The translations under genes and the position numbers were made by a program. Below the pieces are notes generated by a model that was not told the DNA's origin, did not search any database, and saw nothing but the letters and a program-made list of their open reading frames with translations. From NCBI RefSeq assembly GCF_963921235.1, contig NC_086097.1, positions 188,172,001 through 188,236,000 of the forward strand: a stretch of DNA of 64,000 nt, given 5' to 3'. This stretch comes from Mobula hypostoma (Eukaryota). Positions 48,104-59,722 of the stretch are shown piece by piece; the stretch's first letter is position 1; every line of letters begins with the position of its first letter.

Positions 48104-50493
48104 GTCAGGACAGAACAATATATACTTTGTATGGTTTAAAAAAAATAGAATCATCAATACCATCAGAATATTTAGCAACAATGCACAGTAAGAATGTAAA
48201 ATATTTTATTTATAAAGGTATTTGTGTTAACACCAATTTGGATTTAATTCACCAAATGCTATATATAAAACTATAAGATAGAAAAATTCATAGGCTATTT
48301 AAAGGTTTAATTAGAGATACAGTATAGCATGGAAACAGCCCATTCATCTCACTGAATTTGCACCAAATATCAACCACCCTTTTACGTGAATTCTTCTATT
48401 TTATTCTCCCCACATTCTCATTAGCTACCCCTGACTGTACCACTCACCTGCACAGCTGAAGTAACTTACAGTGGCCATTTGTCCTGCCAACCCAAACCTT
48501 CCTGTCTCCGATGATTTAATGCATTCAATAAAAGACAATATTAAGTACATACTTTTTGATCATAGATGATCCTCAAAGTTAAATAGCATCAGTGTTCCAA
48601 ACTAGATCATGAATATTCCCTTCTTTCTCACTTAACATAGCATGGATGTGAGTTAAGTATGTAAAGGAGACCTGATCCCTTACACCACCATACTAGGTAA
48701 TTTTTGACTTCACAGAAGCCTTCAGCTACATCATTCAATTAAGACTGTATAGTGGTTGATCTGGGTACCTGCAAACACTTGCCTCTGTTTTATATGTGCT
48801 AGCTGATGGCATCCAAGCCATAATACTAAGGAATCTGTATCAGACTCAAACTCAAGGCACCATTATAAAAGTTGCAAATTTTAAACTTAATTATAAGTTA
48901 GTCAAAAATAATTAATTATAGTTTAATTAATCGTTAATATTTCATTTTCACCTCTCCAGCCCTTGTCCAATGATGCATTTCCCTCTTCATTATTTGGAGG
49001 GCAACAATGTTCTACCCCTACTTCGATTTCATTTCAAAGGAGATTTAAATTTTAACATCATTGCTGAAAGAGCTATGAGTGCATTTATACACATAAATTT
49101 ATACAGAAGTTTTAATTGTGAGCTCCTTTTCCTGCTACACTTCCCCCCCCCCAACAATAATATCCATATTATTTTATGGCCTAGATAGTAGAACATAGAA
49201 CATAGCAAACCTACAGCACAATACAGACCCTTCGGCCCACAGTACTGTGCCGAACAGGTACTTATAATAAGGTGAAATTAATGAATCCTGAAGACACTCA
49301 CTGAAGATACAAAAACTTAGATGAATTAAGTGTTTATATTATAGAGGCTTTTTCATAAGCAAGATAGGTGGGTGCGTTGAATTTGGAAAAGAACATTAAA
49401 GAAAGGACATAGTCAAGGATGGATCACACACCTACAGTAGAATGGCAGTTGTATTTCTAAAGAACAAAGATATGCAAATGGTGACATCCATCATGCAGGA
49501 CAAGAGATATAGCTGGAGCAATTTTGATCTGTGGGAAGGTCTATACTACTACTAATTAAATTATTAGCCTAAGTATTCAATTGTACCTTCAAATAACAGC
49601 AAGGAGATTATTATTTTCAGAAGCCCTGGAAGTATTACTGAGCAACTTCGGTCTTCAAACAGCTATGATTTATGATGTGTATATTACTGCACAACTTTAA
49701 GTGGAAAGGTTTATTTATCATCGTCCATAAATTTAACCTGAATTTTCTACCCAGTCTTTCACCAATTTTAGGAGATATAGAGTATAGAATAACACAGTAC
49801 ACAAACGTGCCCTTCAACCTATCTAACCTATGTTGAACCATCTAAACTCTTGACCTATGCCTGGACCATAGCGCTCCATAGCACTACCATCCACGTACCT
49901 ATGAAGCCTTCTCTTAAATATCGAAATCGAGCTTTCATGCACCACTTGCACTGGCCACACTTAGGCTGGAGGAGCAATACTTTATATTCCATCTGTATAG
50001 CTGACAATATGATGGCACGAACAATTACTTCCAGCAATTGCCTCACCCCTTCACCATTGCCCATTCCTGTTCCCCTCTCTCACCTTATTTCTTTACCTGC
50101 AATCACCCCCTCCCTTTCTTCCTGCCCTTTATTTCTATCACCAAACAACTTCCCAGCTCTTTACTTCACCCACTCCCCATCCACCAGTTTCACCCATCAC
50201 CCACCACCTTGCAGACTCAGAGAAGCACAGCGCAGAAAAATGCCCTTTGGCCCATCTAATCATGCCAAAGCCATTTAAAATGCCAACTCCCATTGACCTG
50301 CACTGGGCCCATAGCCCTCCATATCCCTGCTATCCATGTACCTATCTAAACTTCTCTTAAACTTTGAAATCAGTATCTCCTAAAACTGGCACGGACAACT
50401 TGTGCTGGCAGCTCATTCGACCCACTCATGACCCTCTGAGTGAAGAAGTTACCCCTCATGTTCCCCTTAAAATTCTCACCCCTAACTCATGAC

Positions 50494-50670
50494 CTCACTC
50501 TTCCTTCAGTTAGAGTTACTCACTCTTCCTTCAGTTAGTCCTGACGAAGGGTCTCGGCCTGAAACGTCGACTGCACCTCTTCCTAGAGATGCTGCCTGGC
50601 CTGCTGCGTTCACCAGCAACTTTGATGTGTGTTGCTTGAACTTCCAGCATCTGCAGAATTCCTGTTGTTT
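50494..50670 (+). mobile_element. Solo Penelope-like terminal repeat in CNGB3 intron 2
   Basis: Near-identical to the reverse complement of 45618-45775; 20-nt block ctcactcttccttcagttag duplicated at the 5' junction (50494-50513 / 50519-50538). Confidence 0.85.
50537..50572 (+). ncRNA. Minimal type I hammerhead ribozyme motif (PLE-associated), intact core
   Basis: Stem I AGUC/GACU, CUGACGA, stem II AGG-GUCUCGG-CCU, GAA-ACGU-C with a palindromic stem III; predicted cleavage after C50568. Confidence 0.8.
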
Positions 50671-50958
50671 TAATTTAAGGAATGTTGTATCCCTGAATGG
50701 TCATATTCTGCCAAAACCATTATCTGACAGAACTCCTCAAAAAAATTTTTTTGGCATTATAGTACTCAAAAAGTTATTGATATCTCAAAAGTGCTACATG
50801 TTTACCACAATTATAACATTCTGACCATAGTTGAAAGTATAAAATTATATGTTGCATCATAGCAAGAGAGTTGTAAAGAAATAATAACGTTTTAATATAG
50901 CTATGATTCCAAAATGTGTGACTACATCGGCTTTACTACAAAAGAAATGTATTTACAG

Positions 50959-51103
50959 CAGCAGCTTCTGAGCCTTCTCTTTGGAAAAATGCAACTGAAA
51001 TAATACCTTCCACTGAAGAAGCCAAGTCGCAGGAAAGAAGTGAAGCTATCCCTAAACTGTCACTTTGGGAGCATAAATCAGAGGACAAAAAATCTGAATT
51101 TAA
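50959..51103 (+). CDS. CNGB3: CNGB3 coding exon 3 (AAASEPSLWKNATEIIPSTEEAKSQERSEAIPKLSLWEHKSEDKKSEFN)
   Basis: Acceptor tatttacag (tandem CAGCAGCAG), consensus donor AA|gtaagt at 51104; 145 nt, open, phase 1 to 2, which bridges exons 2 and 4. Confidence 0.75.
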
Positions 51104-51879
51104 GTAAGTATCATTCAGTTAACATAAACTATCTATTTGATATGTATTGGCACTTGGGTTGATATTATTTATTTTTTTAAGTAAAAAATTAAGGTAATCA
51201 TTATTTAGATATTCCTCACCTTGATCACAAAAATAAAAGTAATTGTGATATAGTTGTGCAAAGAGCAACTTAATTCTCCTTTACGACTAATAAAGCAAAG
51301 GCAAGATTCTATTTCAAAAGAAATAAATAACATTTTTCTGATTTATATATTCCAGGTTTATGTTATCTGCAGTTTGCGGTTAAAGCTTGACCTAGTCCTA
51401 GGGAGTAAAATTTAAAGATTATCTGATTTGAAAAAGCCAGAAGAATTTGAATATAAATGTCGATTCTGATTTCTAGTTTAGGGGTTTCTTTGCAATGTAA
51501 TATATTGTCCATTACAACACCTGTCTTTATAATCCATGTTGCAGACTGAGTTGTAGATGAAGATGTAAATTATTGCAATTAGAGAAATTCTGAATAGTTT
51601 AAGTAGATCTTTACTGACAATTCAGAATCAAAAATTCCTATGGATCACATCCTATTCCTTTTATACCAAAGAATGAAGTTAACATATTATCTTTGAGTAA
51701 CTAAAAGTCAAAGATAGGATTTTGTTTTGGCTTGTTGTACTGTGCGTGAATTATCTTACTAGTATAGGGTTTAAAATCTTATTGAATACTGGTTGTAATC
51801 TTAGTGTCCTCTATTGAGTCTGTGCTGTCAAAATAAGTTACTATTTTACTTGGAAGGAATTAGTAATGGAATACCACTG

Positions 51880-52352
51880 TAAGCAACGCACAATCTACTG
51901 GAAGAAATCAGCGGGAGGAGAGAAATTGCTGACATTTCTGGCCTAAACTCTGCCTCGGGATTGTGAGTGAAGCAGTGAGATGCCAGCCCAGACTGGAGAG
52001 TGGGAGTGGCAAGAAAGGACTCTAAGATGATTGGTGGACTGAGGAAGTGTGTAAGATGACAGACAGATGGTGCCAGATAAGGGAGGTGAGCAGGGGTGGA
52101 GTTGGAGAACTGTAGCAGAAGAATGATAAATGGAGGCAGACAAAGGAAGAGAGGTAAACGTAAAAAAAACAATGGATGGAGCAAGGTGTGGGAGAGTGGA
52201 GCATAAGACAAGAGACAGCTACTGGGGGCAGGGGGATGGGGGTAGAGGAGAGATAAGCAGCTGTCTTTCCACTGGTGCAGCTTGACCTACTGCATTTTTC
52301 CAGCAGGTTCTGTGTTGCTCCAGAATCCAGCATCTGTAGTCTCATTTGCCTC
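51880..52352. mobile_element. Old Penelope-like remnant with inverted terminal pieces; a similar short head-to-head remnant lies at about 52690-52875
   Basis: actggaagaaatcagc... at the left and ...ttccagcaggttctgtgttgctccagaatccagcatctgtagtc at the right. Confidence 0.6.
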
Positions 52353-52966
52353 CAGAATACCAATATACATTCTGGTATTAAGGTCTACAATATGTAATAA
52401 CATTTTGTGGAGTTATTCTTCCAGCAGGGCAGTATTATGTACCTGGGAAGAGTTTTTAAGAAGTGTGGCTTTCTGCTAAATACAAGTTTGAGAATGTGAC
52501 TATTGTTAAACTATTTCTTGTCTAGGCTGTTGAACTGGATCTGCAGATGTCGGAGTAGAAACCTACAAGGTCATTTAAGTTTAGATTCCTGACTCCCATG
52601 TGTTACCTTATTTGGTGTTTCTTTATAGGTGCATCTGATTTCTCTTATTATTACACTTTGTTGATTAGTACAGGTTACATGGATACATTGGAGACAAAGT
52701 GGAATGTAGCTGCTGGAATCCGGAGCAAAGAAAAGCTGGAATAATTCTGTGGGCGCAAAGGGGTGGTTGTTGTTTCTGGTCAACACGCTGCATCAGGACT
52801 GTGCAGAGTCTCAACACAATTTGTCAGTCATCCCTTTGCCTCCACAGATGCTGCTTGATCCACTGAGTTTTCCAGGAAAATAAATATTGTACACATGTAA
52901 AGTGACAGGCTTGCCTCCGTATAGATTGCCTTCTGCAAAAGTTTGAAGATTATTTCTCCTGATATT

Positions 52967-55266
52967 AGGGCATAAATTTTCTGAATTCAATTTCCCAGAT
53001 TGTCATTGGTAAGATTTTCACTTATAAAGTCTAGACTGCTAATCCACTATATAAACAATTAGTTTCTCTGAGAATTCCATCCTCTTGCACCCTTTATAGT
53101 TTAACAGAACTCCTGCTAACTGAAAGTTTGTGTGAGTTACCCTGAGGTGCCAGGAATTACTGCAACAAGAAATCCATCCAGGAAGGGATCATTTGTAACT
53201 ATTCTTGATTGGCTTCCAAAGAAGATGAAAGCTCTTTTGTTCTTCGTATGCTGGGCTCATCTGCTATATCAAAGAGGTGCTGAGGAAAGGGAAAGTGGAG
53301 AACAAGTTCTGGTTCAGCATTGCAGGCACAGCCATCCCAACCATCACAGAAAAGCCAATCAAGAGCTTAGGCAAGATTTTTGACAGCTCTTTAAGGGGCA
53401 CGACATCCATTCAGGCGACCTGCACCAAGTTGGATGGCTGGCTGAAATCTGTGGACAAGTCTGGCCTACCTGGGAAGTTTAAAGCCTGGGTGTATCAGCA
53501 TGGCATTCTTCCCAGAATCCTGTGGTCTCTCCTCGTCTATGAAGTTCTGATCTCGACAGTCGAAACCTTAGAGAAGTGGGTTAGCAACTACCTCAGGAGA
53601 TGGCTGGGGCTGCCAAAGAGCCTGAGCAGCATCGCACTCTATGGACACCACAACAAACTGCAACTGCTCTTCAAATCCTTGGGGGAAGAATTCAAGGTGA
53701 CAAGAGCCAGAGAAGTGCTACAGTATAGGGACTCAAGTGATCCGAAGGTGGCTAGAGCAGGGATCCAAGTGAGGACTTGCAGGAAGTGGAGGGCAGAGGA
53801 AGCTGTTCAGGAAGCAGAGGCAAGGCTGCATTACAGGAGGCTGGTGGGAGTGGTCACACGAGGCCAAGGTGGGCTAGGATTCTTTCCAACTCCCCAAATG
53901 GATACCAGAGGGAAGGAAAGGTGTCGTGTAGTTCAGGAGGAGGTGAGAGCTGTAGTGGAGGAGACGAGAGCCTGCAAGGAGGTGGGAATGAAGCAACAGG
54001 AAGCTTGGACAAGATGGGAGAATGCAGTTGAGAAGAAAGTGACCTGGGCTGATCTTTGAAAAGCTGAATCACACTGCATCCAATTTCTCATCCAGGCAGT
54101 GTACGATGTGCTTCCAAGCCCATCAAACCTGCACACATGGGGCAAGGCAGAGTCATCTGCATGTCCACTGTGCTCCAAGCGAGGAACCCTGGAGCACATC
54201 CCCAGTGGCTGCGCAAGGGCACTTGGTGAGGGATGGTACTGATGGAGGCATGATCAGGTCCTGAAGACCATCGCTGAAGCCATCAGCACAGGAACAGAGT
54301 GGGCGAAGTGGTCCTGACCCTCCAAGCAGACCATTGTCTTTGTCAGTGCTGAGGAGCAGTCAATACCTGCCAAAAAAATACCTGCAGGCATCCTGACCTC
54401 TACAAGTGACTGGCAGCTGTTGGTGGACCTCGAACAGCAGCTGATGTTCCCCAACCATATCACAGCCACCACCCTGTGGCCAGACATTGTCCTTGTGTCT
54501 GAGTCTACTAAGCAAGTGGTGCTGCTGGAGCTGACAGTCCCATGGGACGATTGCTTGGAACAGGCCTTTGAAAGGAAGCACTCTAAGTTCGCAGGACTGG
54601 TCAGCAACTGTCAGCAGGCTGGATGGAGAGCGAGGTTTGTTGTAGGGGGTTCGCAGCCCATTCCTCAGCTAGATCCTTCAGCAATTTGGGCATCGAGGGA
54701 GAGAGGAAGAGGACAGCCATCTGCAGTACCACCGATGTGGCAGAGAGGGCTTCAAGATGGCTGTGGCTCAAAAGAGGGGAGCCATGGAGTCATGGAGTCA
54801 TAAATAGCTAGCTGTCTGGACACGAGATGGGGTCTGATCAGCCCCGGCTGGGTCACCTGGAGGAGGGTGTATGAAGTTGAAAGGCCCGAAACAGCCGATG
54901 ATTCCAGGAACATCACTGAAGGTGTGTCCAGAGGCATCAGTAGATGTATGTATACAGGGCATAAATTTTCCGAATTGAATTTCCCAAATGATCATTGGTA
55001 AGATTTTCACTTATAAAGTCTAGACTGCTAATCCACTATATAGTCAATTGGTTTCTCTGGGAATTCCATCCTTTTGCACCCTTTATAGTTTAACAGAACT
55101 CATACTAACTGAAAGTTAGTGTGAACTACCCTGAGGTTTCAGGAATTACCGCAACAAGAAATTCATCCAGGAAGGAATCATTTGTAACTATTCCTGACTG
55201 GCTTCCAAAGAAGATGAAAGCTCCTCTGTTCTTTGTATGCTGAACTCATCTGCTATATCAAAGAGG
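52967..55266 (+). repeat. 311-bp direct duplication (52967-53277 and 54956-55266) flanking the HERO element
   Basis: Hand alignment: equal length, no gaps, 27 mismatches (about 91% identity); each copy abuts one end of the element. Confidence 0.95.
53278..54955 (+). mobile_element. 5'-truncated HERO-type non-LTR retrotransposon (R2 group, restriction-like endonuclease) in CNGB3 intron 3
   Basis: RT C-terminus/thumb (EKPIKSLGKIFD, LPGKFKAWVYQHGILPRILW, LRRWLGLP), CCHC knuckle CPLCSKRGTLEHIPSGC, RHDQVL, RLE motif PDIVL...VVLLELTVPW..., AERASRWLW; several stops and one frameshift. Confidence 0.88.
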
Positions 55267-56889
55267 CATAACATCACTCTGACACTTCGCATTGTTTATC
55301 AGGATATGCTCTGCTGCCAGCCCTGCAAATCAATAATTGACCCAAGACCTTTCTCTTTGGTGTAGTTGGAGTAAATTCCACCATTTTTCTGAAGATGAAG
55401 TGAAGATTTGATAGATGTGCTCAAAATCACATACTACTATTTTGATAAAGTGGATTTAGATATTTGTGACCACTGCTCCATCATGACAATCTCCAATTTG
55501 TTAAAGCTCAAACATTCACCTCTGGTCTGTCAATCACTCTTACTCATACATGCTCTGGGTCCTTGCCAAAAAACATGCTATCTGCATTCTGATGTTTTAT
55601 GTTTGCACTTCTTATGAGTGCTTTTAATTATGCCGCCTTGACCCACTATAGTTTGAAAGATTCCTCCAGTCAGTATAACACCTTCCTCACCCTTCAGTCT
55701 TAAATCTCCATATCTGCTGATTCCCTTCACCATCTATCATTCATTGCAGACTTTAATTAGTCTCTTACTGGAACTTCATTCTAATAATATCCATCATCTT
55801 TGCTTCCTTTGCTCTATCAAATCCTTTATTATGGCCATACATTTAATTTCTTTCTAAGGTTATTCATTCATTTCTGAAGTACATTGGTTATTTTTGGCAT
55901 TAAAATAACTGTTAAGCTCGTTCTGAGGCAGGCATTCTATGTGCGAAGCAGAGTTTAGATAAACAGTTTGTCTGAAATTACAAATCTGAAAGAACTTATT
56001 CTCCATTTTTAACTTAAATTAGCAAAAAGGTCACAAGACATGGTCAGGGGTCTAAGATTTCCCAATTAAAGCTCAGTGCACTATTCATCCCTAGAAAAGC
56101 CAAATTAGAGAATCAATTCTAAAATGCAAATTGTAATAGAGTGTGAAATTTTCTGAGTCCTTGTGTCACATAATGGGCTTATCATGTACTGGTCATTTTG
56201 AGTAGACTATCCTCAATTCATTGTGCAATTATTTCATTGAATGGAAGATTACATGTATTTCATGTTAAGAGAAGTCAGCAGCTATTTGCAGCACAAGGTC
56301 TCAGAAAACCCTAATTCTAATGCATATAGACTGGAATATTTATGTTAATGCTTCATTCAATGATAGATGGCCATTGATTCCTATTATGCCAATATTTTAT
56401 TTTTGCAAGTCAAATATATTTGTTATAATTAACTTTCCTGGTTTAGTTAAAATCCATCTCAGGTCTTTTATTCCTCCTTTTCTTTGCAGAACCTTCAATT
56501 ACCCCTGTCTGGCATTCCCTCTCAATCATATTCATTTTCATATCTCTCCCTCTCCCACTCTCTCCCTCATTTTCTATTCTCTCCATTTCCCCCTTTTTAT
56601 AAACCTTTCACAGCTATCATTTTGGTTGGTTTTAATTTATTTCTAAGGTTCAGCATTCAGACTTAAATTGATGAGTTTCTGAAGCACATTAAATTACAAC
56701 AAATATTCTTTAAAAAAATATAATTTTCAAGGCAGGTTCTTTAGCTATTCATGAAAATCAGATTTTCTTCTTAGTTACCAATGCTTTGAGTGAAAACTCT
56801 TTTGCTTAACTTCCTTTATCAAAAACAGTCAAGATTTTAATGAATCCTGTCAAGTATCTTCTTAATATTTTCTGCTATAAGGTGATCAA

Positions 56890-57200
56890 CCACAGCTTCT
56901 TCGTTCTATCCACCAGACTCTGGAGTGTCACAAACAATATTGAGCTCTGTTGCCTCCGCTTACATTCTCCCAGTCATTGTCTCTATCACCAATCGCCCTC
57001 TGACCATCACATGCCACCTCCTAGCTTATTCCTCCCATCACCCCTTTATTGACTTTTTCCCCTTTACACCCTCAATCCTGATTCAGGGTCTTGAACTGTT
57101 GACTATCTGTTTGCCTCCATCAATGTTGTTTTAGTTGTTAAGTTCCTCCAGCAGCTTGGTTTTGCTTCAGATTCAAATATCTTCAGTCTTTTGTGTATCT
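56890..57200 (+). mobile_element. Old Penelope-like 3' remnant
   Basis: Pyrimidine tract, decayed hammerhead tcctgattcagggtcttgaa, then gttcctccagcagc. Confidence 0.55.
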
Positions 57201-58799
57201 GTGGTATTCCTTCTTTGCCCTCTGTATACCTGAACCCCTCATTGAAAAGTGGGTCCCAAATTTGAAAGTAATACTGCAGTTGAGGGCAAACACATTTTTT
57301 TAAAAGTGCCCTTCCTTCTTGTTGCCTTTAAGAATAAAACAGTGATCAAAATTGACTTTTAGCAGTCTTCTCAACCAATCCTTCCTCACTGAAGGATTTA
57401 TAAACGTGCACCTGAGGTGTTGGCATCTCTTCATAATACCATTTTGTTTACATCATCTCCTGTTATTGTTCATACCAAAGTGTGTCACTTTGCATTTATC
57501 TGCATTTAGATTCATTTGCAACCTTAAAAGTTGCATGTATATACAATTTTGGAATTTCATAATGTCTACATATCCAACTCCAGGTCATTAATACATACCA
57601 ACAAGAGCCGTGATCCAAAAATGATCCTGGGGGATTTCATGTTATCTCCAGTCGGGTGATATAATTTTAAATGGTCACTCCAGTTGCTGGCAAATGGTTG
57701 GTGGTTCATTCCCTGTTCCCCTCCCTGAAACAAGTTTGATTCATGGTAGAAGTACTTAGTATTTTTTAAATTTATTTCACCATATCTGCCTCAGCCCACT
57801 TATTTTCGAGATCATAATTTCCTCTTCCCTATCTTTAATTTATTTTCCACTTTAAATCTGACATAATGGAATTTGCGCCTTTATTTGTCTGTCAGGCACC
57901 CAGGGGCTTACTGTTTGAGCAGGAATAACATTTGGATTGCTTATAGTTAAAGCTTAATTTAAAAGTTAGCTGACAGTCAACAGAAGTCAGTTTGCATATA
58001 ACACCTTGGGGTACTTAGATTAAAATTAATAAAATGCAATTTGTATGATTGACATATTTTTTGTGAAGAATTCAATTAATATTTTTACAAATTATTAAAA
58101 ATCCTTGCATACCCCCACATTTTTGAAGTAACAATATTAAATTAAGAAGATCCTGAATTTCTGTAGTTGCCTTAATAACCACTTGAAATTGAACCATTTA
58201 AAATGTATTGAAAACATTGCATTTATTATGGAGAATTGTACTTAAATTAAAATATATCAACATTTATTTAGAAACTTCAAACTGAAACAAAGTCATCCAA
58301 ACATTTACCTTTTTTTTTAAATCAGGGTTAGTGGTGAACCTTGCAAAATTTTATTATAGCAGTTTCATACTCATGATCTGCTGTCCCTCCCTTTGATAAT
58401 ATAAGGCAAGTTTTAGCTACTTCTATTGAGATAAAACCACCGCTAAAATATTTGGCAAAGGAAAACTAGTTCCTGTACTTTGTTTTAGTAACATAATATT
58501 ATTTGATAATTTAAAACACAGCTATTTCTTATAAAAAGTGCGACTTTACCTGCTTTACAAACTTTACAAACTGCTGATATACATTAGAAACCAAAACTAA
58601 AACATTTGAGAATTTAACAATTTGTGCACTCAATTTGACATCACTTCACCCCTTCAGTAATTGCATGTAAATTACACAAAGCTAATAATTAAATTAATTA
58701 ATAGTCTATGCATTGACTCTTTAAAATAGTTTGCTTAAAAACTGATGAATCATTACAAAAGTTAGTTCAATGTTTAACTCCATAAATTGCATTTTGCAG

Positions 58800-58966
58800 C
58801 AATTCTCTCAGTAGTGAGTGTGGGCCACAAGCAACTGTACTTAACAGTGATTATGCTGATGCACAGTTGCAGAGTTTGGTGCAACGTTTGCGGGAAAGGA
58901 CATCACTGTACAAAGAAAAGTTGTTTGAACAGGATAGCACCTCCTCAGATGAAACTCTACCAGCCA
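58800..58966 (+). CDS. CNGB3: CNGB3 coding exon 4 (NSLSSECGPQATVLNSDYADAQLQSLVQRLRERTSLYKEKLFEQDSTSSDETLPA)
   Basis: Acceptor cattttgcag, donor A|gtaagt; 167 nt, phase 2 to 1. YADAQLQSLVQRLRERTSLYKEKL matches the CNGB3 motif [24 protein letters not shown] (human, recalled). Confidence 0.92.
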
Positions 58967-59416
58967 GTAAGTTCTATTATTAGAAGCAAGATTCGGTTCC
59001 TAATGGATTTCAAAGCATGCAAATATTAATCTATTATGAAAAATAATCATGTAAAACTATTAGCAGTGTGTCCAGAGGTAATTTTTTGTATGAAATGTTT
59101 CAGCATTCAGAGATCATAATATTGTGGTCTTTGTTTTTCCCTCCTACCATTTTTGATTACAAACGTCCTAATATATGGAAGGTTTCATTAGCAGTACTAC
59201 CAAGCATAGAGGAGCCATCAACTGGATGATGCACATGGATTGATGCTACCCATACATGTTCTATACTTTAGGCACTTCACATGTCAACTAATACCATGCA
59301 CAATTGGTGTAGGAATCAAATGTCATTGTACATTTGGAAGTAACACAATTGACTTTATATCATCGTAATTGCATTGACATATTATTTGCCTTAATTTCTT
59401 AAATACCTCCCTAAAT

Positions 59417-59708
59417 GCCACAGTAGCGTGGAGGTTAGTGTGACATTATTACAGCTCATGGCATTCTGGAGATTGGAGTTCAATTCCAGCACCATTTTGT
59501 AGGGAGTTTCTGTACGTCCTACCCGTGGAATGCGTGGGTTTTCCTAGGGTGCTCTGGTTTCCTCCTGCAGTCGAAAGGCATACCAGGTAGGGAAATTGGT
59601 CATTGTAAATTGTCCTGTGATTAGGTTAGGTTTAATTGGGTTATGGACTTGCTGGGGTGGCATGGCTCAAAAGTCCAAAAGGGACAACCTGTGCTTTTTA
59701 CAGAAAAT
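59417..59708 (+). mobile_element. V-SINE (HE1-like) tRNA-derived SINE; a - strand 3' fragment of similar type lies at about 48315-48500
   Basis: B-box GGAGTTCAATTCC; V-domain GCGTGGGTTTTCCTAGGGTGCTCTGGTTTCCTCC. Confidence 0.8.
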
Positions 59709-59722
59709 GATACCTGGAGTAT

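Noticed and set aside
52967..55266. Reading the 311-bp direct repeats as LTRs
   Set aside because: No TG...CA ends, no outer TSD, PBS or PPT seen; the interior is a 5'-truncated non-LTR RLE element starting mid-RT.
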